A DNA stretch of 64,000 nt from a virus (lineage: Duplodnaviria; Heunggongvirae; Uroviricota; Caudoviricetes). Where the stretch lies: IMG/VR virus record IMGVR_UViG_3300001336_000001, positions 223,856 through 287,855 of that record; one strand, written 5' to 3'. Under the pieces are notes generated by a model. That model saw nothing but the letters and a program-made list of their open reading frames with translations, was not told the origin of the DNA and did no database searches. This document shows positions 50,586 to 60,386 of the stretch, one piece after another (positions within the stretch are counted from its first letter, which is position 1; every line of letters starts with the position of its first letter). The translations under genes and the position numbers were made by a program.

Positions 50586-53087
50586 ATGAATCGTGAAATA
50601 ATACCAAAATTAAGACAAATAATCACTGATGCGATTAAGGAAGCTAAATCTATGGATGATGTTTCTGTTAGACCAGAACATATTTTATATTCAATATTAT
50701 ACGATGGTCTCAATGGTACCGTGGACGCTCTGAGTAATATGAATATAAATATAGAGGATTTATCTGAATCAATATATTATGAAATTAGTAACACAAACCC
50801 AATACCAAAATTAGATAAAAAAAACGGGCATAGAAGCACAACACCATTTAGTAAAGAAACTAGGGACTTATTCAATAGTGTTGATAAAGAATCTGAAATG
50901 ATGGGTGACAACCACATTGATACTACACATATGGTTTTAGGTATGTTGAATAATAATAATAATAATTTAACCGTTAAAAACCTATTAAATAAACACAATA
51001 TCAACTATAAGAATTTTCGTAAAACAGTTAAAGAAATGAGAGATAATTTAGAAAACCCAACAAATAAAAGTGAGTCTGCTTACGAATTTTCTGGGGATAA
51101 TTTAGATAACCAAAATAAAAAGAAGCGTACAAAGACCAAAACACCTGTTTTAGATAATTTCTGTACAAATATCACTGATTTAGTTGGTAATGATAAAATA
51201 GACCCAGTTGTTGGGCGTGAAAAAGAAATTAAAAGGGTTATACAAATATTATCCAGAAGGAAAAAAAATAACCCAGTTTTAATTGGTGAACCTGGGGTTG
51301 GTAAAAGTGCAATTGTTGAGGGATTAGCCTTATTGATAAAAAGTGATTCAGCACCTAGACCATTAATGGATAAACAAATCTATTCATTAGAAATGGCATC
51401 AATGGTAGCTGGTACCAAATATAGGGGTCAATTTGAAGAAAGAATAAATGTATTATTAGATGAGTTAAAAAATAACCCAAATATTATATTATTTATCGAT
51501 GAACTACACACCCTAGTTGGGGCAGGTAATGCTACTGGTTCACTTGATGCCTCAAACATATTCAAACCAGCCTTAGCGAGGGGTGAGATACAAGTCATTG
51601 GGGCAACAACACTCGATGAGTTTAGGGAGAATATAGAAAAAGATGGTGCAATGACTAGAAGATTCCAACAAGTAATTGTTGAACCAACCTCAATTGATGA
51701 GACTAGGGTTATATTAAACAATATAAAACCCAAATATGAATCATACCATAAAGTTAAATACACCGATGAGGCAATCGAGGAATGTATTAAAATGGCTGAT
51801 AGATATATCACAGATAGGGCCATGCCAGACAAAGCAATAGATATCTTAGACGAAGCTGGTGCCAGTACAAATAGCGAATTAGAACTACCTGATAATATCA
51901 AAAAATTAGAACAAAGAAAACAAGAGATACTAAATAAAAAGTTAGAGGTTGTCCAAAAACAAAAATACGAAGAAGCCGCTGAGTTAAGAGATGAGGAGAA
52001 AAAAGTTAATTCTGGATTATCTAAAGCTAAAACAGAATGGTTGAGTAATCTAGATAAGAAAGTAACTACGGTAGATATCGATTTAGTGGCTCAAACTGTA
52101 TCAACAATGACTGGTATCCCACTATCTAAGTTAACAACTCAGGAGAACAAAAAACTAATAACCATGGACAAGGACTTAATGGGTAAAGTTATTGGTCAAA
52201 ACGAAGCGGTAACCAAAGTTATTAAGGCGATAAAAAGAAATAGACTAGGTATTAAAGATAAAAATAAACCAATTGGTTCGTTTATATTTTTAGGTCCAAC
52301 GGGGGTAGGTAAAACACATTTAAGTAAATTGTTGGCTAAAGAAATATTTGGTGATGCTGAAGCATTAATTAGGGTAGATATGAGTGAGTACATGGAAAAG
52401 CACACAACCTCCAAGTTAATAGGGTCCCCCCCAGGTTATGTTGGGTATGAACAAGGAGGACAATTAACTGAGAAAATTAGAAAAAAACCATATTCATTAG
52501 TACTTTTTGATGAAATAGAAAAAGCCCACCCAGATGTTTTTAATATTCTATTACAGTTATTAGATGAGGGTCAACTGACTGATAGTTTAGGTCGTAAAAT
52601 CAACTTTAAAAACACTTTAGTTATTTTAACATCAAATGTTGGTGCTAAAGAATTGAGTAGTTTTAGTCAATCAGTTGGGTTTAAAACGGATGCAGTTATC
52701 GCTACTGAAGAAGAAAGAACCGCAACCATAATTAAAAAAGCACTAAAGAATAAATTTAAACCAGAATTTTTAAATAGGTTAGATGATATCATTGTGTTTA
52801 AAAACCTTAAACAAGAAGATATACATAAAATAATATACAATGAATTAGATAAATTAAAAGATAGAATTAAAGAAATTGGTTTTAAGTTAAAGATAACCAA
52901 ACCAGCTATAGAATTTGTTGCAAAAAATGGGTATGATGAAGCTTATGGTGCCAGACCATTATCTAGGGCAATTCAAAGATATATTGAAGACCCAATAGCT
53001 GATGCTATACTTAGTGAAAAATATAAAGAGGGTAATACTATTACTATTACTCTTGATAAAACTAAAGAGAATATAATTTTAAAATAA
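50586..53087 (+). CDS. clpC: ClpC-type AAA+ unfoldase
   Basis: Clp-N repeats, 'GEPGVGKS', UVR coil 'KYEEAAELRD', 'GPTGVGKT', 'SVGF' ClpP-docking loop. Confidence 0.9.
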   Translation: MNREIIPKLRQIITDAIKEAKSMDDVSVRPEHILYSILYDGLNGTVDALSNMNINIEDLSESIYYEISNTNPIPKLDKKNGHRSTTPFSKETRDLFNSVDKESEMMGDNHIDTTHMVLGMLNNNNNNLTVKNLLNKHNINYKNFRKTVKEMRDNLENPTNKSESAYEFSGDNLDNQNKKKRTKTKTPVLDNFCTNITDLVGNDKIDPVVGREKEIKRVIQILSRRKKNNPVLIGEPGVGKSAIVEGLALLIKSDSAPRPLMDKQIYSLEMASMVAGTKYRGQFEERINVLLDELKNNPNIILFIDELHTLVGAGNATGSLDASNIFKPALARGEIQVIGATTLDEFRENIEKDGAMTRRFQQVIVEPTSIDETRVILNNIKPKYESYHKVKYTDEAIEECIKMADRYITDRAMPDKAIDILDEAGASTNSELELPDNIKKLEQRKQEILNKKLEVVQKQKYEEAAELRDEEKKVNSGLSKAKTEWLSNLDKKVTTVDIDLVAQTVSTMTGIPLSKLTTQENKKLITMDKDLMGKVIGQNEAVTKVIKAIKRNRLGIKDKNKPIGSFIFLGPTGVGKTHLSKLLAKEIFGDAEALIRVDMSEYMEKHTTSKLIGSPPGYVGYEQGGQLTEKIRKKPYSLVLFDEIEKAHPDVFNILLQLLDEGQLTDSLGRKINFKNTLVILTSNVGAKELSSFSQSVGFKTDAVIATEEERTATIIKKALKNKFKPEFLNRLDDIIVFKNLKQEDIHKIIYNELDKLKDRIKEIGFKLKITKPAIEFVAKNGYDEAYGARPLSRAIQRYIEDPIADAILSEKYKEGNTITITLDKTKENIILK

Positions 53088-53130
53088 AAAAATGGGTGAT
53101 TTTCACCCATTTTTAATATATTTATGTTAT

Positions 53131-53853
53131 ATGATTAAAGATATTATAAATAACACTTACGGTGAATACTTGGACGGTCTAGATATATATGAGGACAGCA
53201 AAAGTATTAAAATACCCCGAATTATCGTTAAAGAAGAATATAGAAATGAGGGTATTGGTAGTAAAATGATGAATGATATCGTTGATTACGCTGACAAAAC
53301 AGTTAAAATTATAACACTAACCCCATCATCAGATTTTGGTGGTAATAAAAATAGGTTAATACAATTTTACAAAAAATTTGGATTCAAATTAAATAGGGGT
53401 GGTTATAAATCATATGAGTATTCTGATTATATGATTAGGTATCCAAAATTACACGAATCAATTCAAATTAGTGAAGTGGAAATTAAAGGTCATTGGGGTA
53501 AATTTAGAGAAAAACTAGCCAATATTAAAAGTATTGCTGGTAGAGAAAAAAACAATACAATGACAGCTTTAAATATACTAAAAAAAGGTATTAAATCACC
53601 AGAGTCCATTACTGATGAAGAAAAAAACTTCGTCAAGGGGCAATCAGCTAATATTGCTAAAATTATTGGTGTTACCGCAACTGGTACAGTATCTATGTTA
53701 ATACCATTAGTTATTGAAAAATTGGTAAATAAATGGGGGTTTAGTATCCTACCAAAGGACCAATCAAATAAGCTATCAAATAAAGAGTTAAACGAAGGTG
53801 AACAAAAAAAACTAATTAGATTTAACCTTAGAAGGTACTTTAGAGGTCTTTAA
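53131..53853 (+). CDS. GNAT acetyltransferase domain + C-terminal helical/hydrophobic domain (start revised)
   Basis: 'VKEEYRNEGIGSKMM...LIQFYKKFGF'. Confidence 0.75.
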   Translation: MIKDIINNTYGEYLDGLDIYEDSKSIKIPRIIVKEEYRNEGIGSKMMNDIVDYADKTVKIITLTPSSDFGGNKNRLIQFYKKFGFKLNRGGYKSYEYSDYMIRYPKLHESIQISEVEIKGHWGKFREKLANIKSIAGREKNNTMTALNILKKGIKSPESITDEEKNFVKGQSANIAKIIGVTATGTVSMLIPLVIEKLVNKWGFSILPKDQSNKLSNKELNEGEQKKLIRFNLRRYFRGL

Positions 53854-54525
53854 TTTTACATCTTCCCTATCAATAAATCGCCTGATGTAATTATATTGAT
53901 TAGATACTTCACTCTCATAAGTAGGTTTTGATGCATATCTTTTACCAGAACAATTCGTGAAATTTTTAAACAACATATCTAAAGATTTACATCTAAGGTA
54001 ATTCTTAGTGATAAAATAATAATACGCTTGTATACCATCAAATGTACTATCGAACCACATAACAGTCCCACTATCATACTCACCAATATTAAATGGGTTA
54101 TTAACTGGGGACCTACCCTTTGTACCCATTGAACTTTCAATTTGGGCTTGCGTTAAAGCGAATTCAACGGGAACTAATATACCAGTAGAATCATACGCAT
54201 TATGTGCAGCTAATGCCAACATACCAGCTTTAATTGGTGACTTTGGATACTTTAGTTTTAAGTAAATTTCTGCACGCCTTTCATAATCAGAAAAAACAGA
54301 ATCCATCCATTGTTGACTACCAATTGGTAATTGACTAATATCTTTTGTCGCTATTGATGTGTTGTGATAATCATAATGTTTATAAGTAAAAATTGAATAT
54401 AAATAACCAATCGAGAATGATACCAATATAAGTGAAAAAGTAAATATCGTCAACCTAAGCTTACCAAAAAACTTAACTGGTTCGTATCGTAAATTTGTTT
54501 CGTTAAACTTAAAAATTTTTGACAT
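53812..54525 (-). CDS. Membrane-anchored GH73/glucosaminidase-like peptidoglycan hydrolase
   Basis: N-terminal TM; 'AQIESSMG', 'NNPFNIG', 'RYASKPTY'. Confidence 0.7.
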   Translation of the reverse strand: MSKIFKFNETNLRYEPVKFFGKLRLTIFTFSLILVSFSIGYLYSIFTYKHYDYHNTSIATKDISQLPIGSQQWMDSVFSDYERRAEIYLKLKYPKSPIKAGMLALAAHNAYDSTGILVPVEFALTQAQIESSMGTKGRSPVNNPFNIGEYDSGTVMWFDSTFDGIQAYYYFITKNYLRCKSLDMLFKNFTNCSGKRYASKPTYESEVSNQYNYIRRFIDREDVKLKTSKVPSKVKSN

Positions 54526-54672
54526 AATATTAATTTTTAATAATTGAACGAAACAAAGGTAAGAAATTTAATTAGGAAAACCAAATAATTTTGGTTAAAA
54601 TATAAAAATAAAATAACCACTAGAGTAAACCTCTAGCAGTTATTTTATTGATTATTATGGTTTTAAGTTTTC

Positions 54673-54882
54673 TTACTTCTTAGTAAGTTCAGAAACTAAT
54701 TTCTCTAATCTAGCAACTTTAGATTCTAAAAGGTTAGTGTTTTTAACTTTTTGTTCAGCCAACCATTCAGTTTTCTTAGTCTCAACAACCTCATTAACTA
54801 AGTTATCAATTAAATCAACTAATTCTGATTCTTTGATTGGAACTACTTTTTTACCAGTTTTTTTTGTGTTTTCGTTTGACAT
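54673..54882 (-). CDS. Small putative head protein
   Basis: 69 aa; late motif 54923-54931; downstream hairpin 54611-54646. Confidence 0.6.
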   Translation of the reverse strand: MSNENTKKTGKKVVPIKESELVDLIDNLVNEVVETKKTEWLAEQKVKNTNLLESKVARLEKLVSELTKK

Positions 54883-54968
54883 TTTAATATTTTTTAATAA
54901 TAAATTTATTATATTCTCATTATATAAATATATTACATTTAATTAAAATCCATAAATTCAAAAAAAAA

Positions 54969-55493
54969 TTAACACAATCTATCAGCACCAGAACTAGCCG
55001 CCCACGCATCGGGTTTTACTTTAAACTCATAACCCATACCCATTATATAACCAACAGCCTCACTAAGTGCTTTATTAGAATCAAATCTTATATCTGGATT
55101 GACATCAGCATGTATTTCTAGTGGTATATCATATAAATCTAATAATGGTGAAATTTCATATGCGACCTCAATTGATTTAGAAACTTCTTTTAACATGCGC
55201 TCCTTAACACCAGGTCTACCTTTAACTTGATTACCATCAAAATATGTAGCACCTAATTTGATACCACCCCTACCCTTAAAAATTTCCTTACCAAACTTAT
55301 CTCTACCCATACTTTCAAATAAAGCAATAACTATTGCTGTCGCAAAGTTATAGCCACCCCTACGTCTTTGTGAGTCCGTACCAATATAAACCTTTAAAGT
55401 ATACCCATTACTCATTTCTCCTATGAATATTTTTTCCAAATATTCAATAAGCGGTTCATTAATAACCCCTTTAGATACTCTTTTCCATTTCAT
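54969..55493 (-). CDS. YkuK/DUF458 RNase H-like protein (start revised)
   Basis: 'VYIGTDSQ', 'FATAIV', 'LEIHADVN', 'KPDAWAASSGAD'. Confidence 0.8.
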   Translation of the reverse strand: MKWKRVSKGVINEPLIEYLEKIFIGEMSNGYTLKVYIGTDSQRRRGGYNFATAIVIALFESMGRDKFGKEIFKGRGGIKLGATYFDGNQVKGRPGVKERMLKEVSKSIEVAYEISPLLDLYDIPLEIHADVNPDIRFDSNKALSEAVGYIMGMGYEFKVKPDAWAASSGADRLC

Positions 55494-55512
55494 AACTTTT
55501 TTTTTATAAAAA

Positions 55513-55534
55513 AACCCCAACATATGTTGGGGTT
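55513..55534 (-). terminator. 22-bp perfect palindrome terminator
   Basis: AACCCCAACATATGTTGGGGTT followed by a U tract on the minus strand. Confidence 0.75.
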
Positions 55535-55540
55535 ATTATT

Positions 55541-56941
55541 CTACATTCTAACATTAGGTAGTAGTAGTTTTAGTTTGTTGTAATTGTCAACCCCAATATC
55601 ATCAACACTAATCGCTATTTTATGTAGATTCCCCCCATTACTTTTATCCAGATACTTAATCGAATCTGGTATGTTTTTTATTTTATTACCTATTAAATTA
55701 ATAAAAACTAGATTCGTCAATTTAGATATATCATTCGGTATCTCAACCAATTTATTATTTCTCAACACCAAAACCTCAAGGGTTTTAATATTAAATAAAC
55801 TTGGGTGTAAATAAACTAGTTTAGTTGAAGTCATCTCCAAGGTTTCTAAATTTTTAAATTTACTCAAATCACCCATTTTTGGTATAACTGTATTTTTAAA
55901 TATCACAAAAGGTGTATTTTCATCATATAATTCAAAAAGAGAATCAGTAATACCAAAATTAATTAAATATTTTACATAGTTATTCGATTTTGGGTTGATA
56001 CTTTTAATTCCCCTAGATAATTTAGTTAATTCTTCTTTGAAGAAATTAGTCAACCCATCACTTTTCGATAATACTGGCTCATATATATCAACGTTAACAC
56101 TATTAGTCCTATCTTTAATTTGATTAGTTTCGAAATGTATTTGATATAATGAATCATTATTTATATCGCCATCAAATAACTTATTATTGATAATTATATA
56201 AATTTTAGAGTAAGCATTATATGGTGTCTTATAGTTTCTAGTATAATGTTTAAACATACCATTACCCTTTTTACATGTACACCAGTTAGCGAATGAATCA
56301 AATAATTCACTACCCAAAGTCGTTAGTGGTACATAAAGTGTAAATTTTCTATCCCTAACTGGTATTAACGCATCACCAGACTCAACAAACCTATTCATTA
56401 ACCTTTCAATTGATGATACATCCCGTTCAATAAACGGGTCGATAGCATCGTATAATTGGCTCAAAGATTTATATTGGTTAATATCACTGACATCACCAAC
56501 ACCTTTAAGTATAAAACTATTCGAACATAACTTTTTAAATTTATCCTTACGTTTATTACCCTCAAAAATTTCTAAATAAGTTTTAGCTAAGGGTAAATCT
56601 TCAACAACAAACCTAATTGCCTCATCATGTTTATTATCTTTTATTAAACGCCTAAACATTGTCAATATCCATTGACTATACATTTTATTCTTAGTAGGGT
56701 CAGACTCAACTATTAAGTTAAAAACATTACCAACAACAGAAACATCACCCTTAACCTTATTGTTCACCTCATTACAGTAATGAATAGCTAAAATATCACC
56801 ATCAAATGAAATTAATTTTCTTATCTCACTATACTCATTATCTAATTTTTCAACAATAGAATCTAATTCATCAATATCGAAAACATTGAATTTATTGTAT
56901 AATAAATCTAATCTACTATTATTTTTAATATTCATCATCAC
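55541..56941 (-). CDS. Leucine-rich-repeat protein with N-terminal 'WCT' domain
   Basis: 'LEVLVLRNNKLVEIPNDISKLTNLVFINLIGNKIKNIP'. Confidence 0.8.
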   Translation of the reverse strand: MMMNIKNNSRLDLLYNKFNVFDIDELDSIVEKLDNEYSEIRKLISFDGDILAIHYCNEVNNKVKGDVSVVGNVFNLIVESDPTKNKMYSQWILTMFRRLIKDNKHDEAIRFVVEDLPLAKTYLEIFEGNKRKDKFKKLCSNSFILKGVGDVSDINQYKSLSQLYDAIDPFIERDVSSIERLMNRFVESGDALIPVRDRKFTLYVPLTTLGSELFDSFANWCTCKKGNGMFKHYTRNYKTPYNAYSKIYIIINNKLFDGDINNDSLYQIHFETNQIKDRTNSVNVDIYEPVLSKSDGLTNFFKEELTKLSRGIKSINPKSNNYVKYLINFGITDSLFELYDENTPFVIFKNTVIPKMGDLSKFKNLETLEMTSTKLVYLHPSLFNIKTLEVLVLRNNKLVEIPNDISKLTNLVFINLIGNKIKNIPDSIKYLDKSNGGNLHKIAISVDDIGVDNYNKLKLLLPNVRM

Positions 56942-56992
56942 TATTAATATAGATAAAGAGTAAAAATACTAAATATATATAGATAAATCAAG

Positions 56993-57331
56993 TCAATTAT
57001 GGAATTTACTATAAGTGTCCTCATCAATAAAATTCTTAATTTCCCTACCTAATATCCAAATCATACCGTTTTGTTCTTCATACTTCTTAACAATATCTAA
57101 CATAACAATATTCGGGTCCTCACCATCCGTTAATCTATACTTAACCTCATTAAATGATATTATATTACCCATTTTAACTAATTCGTTTATAATCACATCA
57201 TAGATTTCAAATCTATGGGATATGTCAGAATCTAATAAATTCACATTATTTAATAGGTATTTTTGATACAATTTATCTAGTTTACTGTACTTACCTGAAC
57301 CAGTTTTAATCTTAAAATTAAAATCTTTCAT
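56993..57331 (-). CDS. Hypothetical protein (paralog of 57410-57730)
   Basis: Shared 'ExxYRLTDxExP'. Confidence 0.55.
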   Translation of the reverse strand: MKDFNFKIKTGSGKYSKLDKLYQKYLLNNVNLLDSDISHRFEIYDVIINELVKMGNIISFNEVKYRLTDGEDPNIVMLDIVKKYEEQNGMIWILGREIKNFIDEDTYSKFHN

Positions 57332-57409
57332 ACGCAAATAATTTATCAATGTTATTTATTGATAAATATCAGAAAACTACCCCAACATTGATTTTTTTTA
57401 TGTTAATTT

Positions 57410-57730
57410 TTAGAAATTACGTATCTTATTATATAATCTATTGAGTTCTGGGTTAGTGTGTTTTAAATTATCCAAAAATTTAATACAAACATCCCTAGGT
57501 GGTTCATTATCAGTCAACCTATATTGTAATTCCTTTATAAGTATAGCATCCTTTAATGAATTTTTAATTTCAATTAATACTTGGTTATAAGTAACCCATT
57601 CCCTTCTTGAATCAATATCACCATTATATAATTTTTCAATGATAGCCTCTTGATATACGTTATCTAAATAAGTCTCAAATGGTCCGTAAACCTCCTGAAG
57701 TTTATCCCTTATTATAGACTTAGTATTCAT
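57410..57730 (-). CDS. Hypothetical protein (paralog of 56993-57331)
   Basis: Shared 'ExxYRLTDxExP'. Confidence 0.55.
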   Translation of the reverse strand: MNTKSIIRDKLQEVYGPFETYLDNVYQEAIIEKLYNGDIDSRREWVTYNQVLIEIKNSLKDAILIKELQYRLTDNEPPRDVCIKFLDNLKHTNPELNRLYNKIRNF

Positions 57731-57737
57731 GGTTAAA

Positions 57738-58082
57738 TCATTTTATCGAAACGTTTTTTGATAAGTTAGTACCCACGTTTCTACCATAAAACCAATCATC
57801 AATAACTTGCTTAAGAAACTCATCACCACACACACCATGATAACTATATTTAAAGTACTCTAATAGGTCCTTAGGTTTAATTATTGAACCATCAACCTTA
57901 ACCTTTATCATAGGTGATTCAGTATAATCGTGATATCCCTTTACAACTGCTGATACCTTTTCGTAATTTGTATTTAAATCATCTAAAACTCGACTCAATA
58001 TAATATCATAATCACCCTCACTTATTAGGTGTGATAAAATACGATTATACTGCCCCTCTGTTATGATTAACTTTCTACCCAT
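57738..58082 (-). CDS. Hypothetical protein with IITE leader
   Basis: 114 aa; late motif 58090-58098. Confidence 0.6.
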   Translation of the reverse strand: MGRKLIITEGQYNRILSHLISEGDYDIILSRVLDDLNTNYEKVSAVVKGYHDYTESPMIKVKVDGSIIKPKDLLEYFKYSYHGVCGDEFLKQVIDDWFYGRNVGTNLSKNVSIK

Positions 58083-58111
58083 ACTAATTTATAAATATAC
58101 TAATACCTAGG

Positions 58112-58444
58112 TTAAATCTGTGGTATCTTAAAAAAAGTATTGATTGTCTCAACAGATTTATAAGTGTAAGCCCACAATTCGTTGATTAAGAAAACTTCTA
58201 AATATTCAGCACACTCAACCTCACTTAAATGGAAAAACTCACCCATCCTAACGGTAAGCCTTGACAATATAAAAGCCTCACTACCACTAAAATCAACTTT
58301 ATTCTTGAACTTATTAGATAGTTGAGAACAAAAAACATAAAATGGTTTGTTGAACTTATCCTCTTTACCCTTTTTGTACACCAAATATTCGATATATAAA
58401 AAATCGCAAATTTGGTAATATATTATTTTATCTAGTTTATCCAT
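58112..58444 (-). CDS. Hypothetical protein
   Basis: 110-aa ORF. Confidence 0.45.
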   Translation of the reverse strand: MDKLDKIIYYQICDFLYIEYLVYKKGKEDKFNKPFYVFCSQLSNKFKNKVDFSGSEAFILSRLTVRMGEFFHLSEVECAEYLEVFLINELWAYTYKSVETINTFFKIPQI

Positions 58445-58465
58445 ATTTATAAATAAAAATCACGA

Positions 58466-58780
58466 ATGAAGAGACTGAAACCGAAACAACTGACGATTTC
58501 GACACATTTGGAGACCAATCAACAACGAATTTCTGATTCACTAATGGTGTCTTTGGTCAACAAATATATTAACAGGTTATATCCAGTTGAAAAAATAAAA
58601 TATAATGATAAATTTAGGCGCTGTGTATACCTACATGATGGATACAAACCAGTAAGTGATGTAAAAAAAATATTAATACAAGAAATAATATTTAATATTA
58701 TCGAAACTTTTGACTTAACCAAAACAGAGGCCAAAAATATTACACACAAATTCTTTAAATTAACCAATACTCCGTCTTAA
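58466..58780 (+). CDS. Hypothetical protein
   Basis: 104-aa ORF. Confidence 0.45.
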   Translation: MKRLKPKQLTISTHLETNQQRISDSLMVSLVNKYINRLYPVEKIKYNDKFRRCVYLHDGYKPVSDVKKILIQEIIFNIIETFDLTKTEAKNITHKFFKLTNTPS

Positions 58781-58899
58781 TTTTTTCATATAGATAAGAA
58801 ATACGAATAACCAAATCATAAACGTTGTATTCTTTTCAGCCCCATACATTATTAATAATGATAATATTATCATAAAATTTGTTAACAAAAGTCCTAAAT

Positions 58900-59490
58900 T
58901 TACCATCCTTGTATCTTTTTAAACCTCAATTCATTTACATACTTAACATTATATCCATTTACATTAGTATAACCCTCCTGCACATAAAAATTAACAATAC
59001 TATCTGAATAATTGTATATAACAGCACTTAATGGTCTAGCAACACCACCCAGCTGCGAGTTTGTGGTACCAGTTACTGGGTGTTCAATAATAGACCAATT
59101 ACTTTTTGTAACATAAAAGCCCATTGGGGTTTCAATTTCGTCATTCAAAACAAATTCACCATAACCTGGAACTGATGGTGGTTCAAAAAAAGACCAAGTG
59201 GTGACATTCTTCTCAATAATCTCAAATGGAAAATCTGCATTACCAAAACGTAGACCACTAACATTCTTAGTCTCATCAAAATGGTTATACCTTACACGTT
59301 CACCAGTTGTTAAGTTTTCAACATAAGTAAAACCGTCTAATAACAACCATTGACCATATAAACGTATCTCCTCAATATAACTATTCTCCTCAACCGAATT
59401 GGGTTCAATAATCTCTTTCTTACAAGAAACAAATGTGGGTATTAATATAACCGCAACCACTAAGTAAAACCATTTAATAAACTTATCCAT
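58900..59490 (-). CDS. Bacteroidota-type lipoprotein (start revised, MDKFIKW)
   Basis: Signal peptide ending FVS-C followed by KKE; 'LYGQWLL' lipocalin-like motif; TTTG-N20-TATATTTG promoter. Confidence 0.7.
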   Translation of the reverse strand: MDKFIKWFYLVVAVILIPTFVSCKKEIIEPNSVEENSYIEEIRLYGQWLLLDGFTYVENLTTGERVRYNHFDETKNVSGLRFGNADFPFEIIEKNVTTWSFFEPPSVPGYGEFVLNDEIETPMGFYVTKSNWSIIEHPVTGTTNSQLGGVARPLSAVIYNYSDSIVNFYVQEGYTNVNGYNVKYVNELRFKKIQGW

Positions 59491-59609
59491 AATCACTATT
59501 TTTAAAATATACAACAAATATAAGCATAAAATTATAATTATACAAATATTTAACAATAAATATTTATAATTTTTAACTGTATCACAAATATTTATAGATA
59601 AAAACTTTA

Positions 59610-60386
59610 ATGAAACACATCATACAACATAAATTAAGGGTTATATTAGAAGGTAGACACGCATCACACACACCGATAAACCCAACATCGGGACCTGATA
59701 ATTACGAAAGTAGATTATCGGATTTAAATAGAACTATCGCCGACATAGCAAAAGCTAAACAAACATATAACTCACTAACTAAACAAGAAAAAGCAATGTT
59801 AGGTGATGTTTACACTGGGGATGGTTTATATGAATTAATTTTACATAAAAACGGACAATTAGTTGGTAAACAAAATAGAATTGGAATGAAGGGTGAACCT
59901 GGCACTTACAGCGACCCAAACCCAAATAAAAGATATTTTTACGTTATGGTTAATAGGGGTATATCACACCCAGAATATGATGAAGAATCTAGAAGTGGTT
60001 ATACAGTAGGTAAATCACCAATGAGTGATGCCGCATTAAAAGTTAAAGTTTTTATGGGAGATGATATTATTGATTTTGTTAGGGACCAGGCTGGTTATAT
60101 CGATGATAAAGGTGAGGAAATCAGGAAACAAAAGATGGACCAAACCGCTATCGATAAATTGAGGAGTAAGGAAGACCTATACACCAAAAGAGCGTCATCT
60201 GAAAAAAAATATGGTGATGATGAGTTAGAATTAAGAACAAAATTATATGACTTAACAATAGCTAGACGTGAGGCTATGAAAAATAAAGACATGAGTCGTG
60301 TTAAAAAAATCAAATCATTAGAAAATAGTGTTAAATCTGAGTTGGATAAAATTATTAGGGATAAAAATAAATTAAGGAGCTCATAA
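59610..60386 (+). CDS. Hypothetical protein with ILE leader
   Basis: 258 aa; late motif 59588-59596. Confidence 0.6.
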   Translation: MKHIIQHKLRVILEGRHASHTPINPTSGPDNYESRLSDLNRTIADIAKAKQTYNSLTKQEKAMLGDVYTGDGLYELILHKNGQLVGKQNRIGMKGEPGTYSDPNPNKRYFYVMVNRGISHPEYDEESRSGYTVGKSPMSDAALKVKVFMGDDIIDFVRDQAGYIDDKGEEIRKQKMDQTAIDKLRSKEDLYTKRASSEKKYGDDELELRTKLYDLTIARREAMKNKDMSRVKKIKSLENSVKSELDKIIRDKNKLRSS

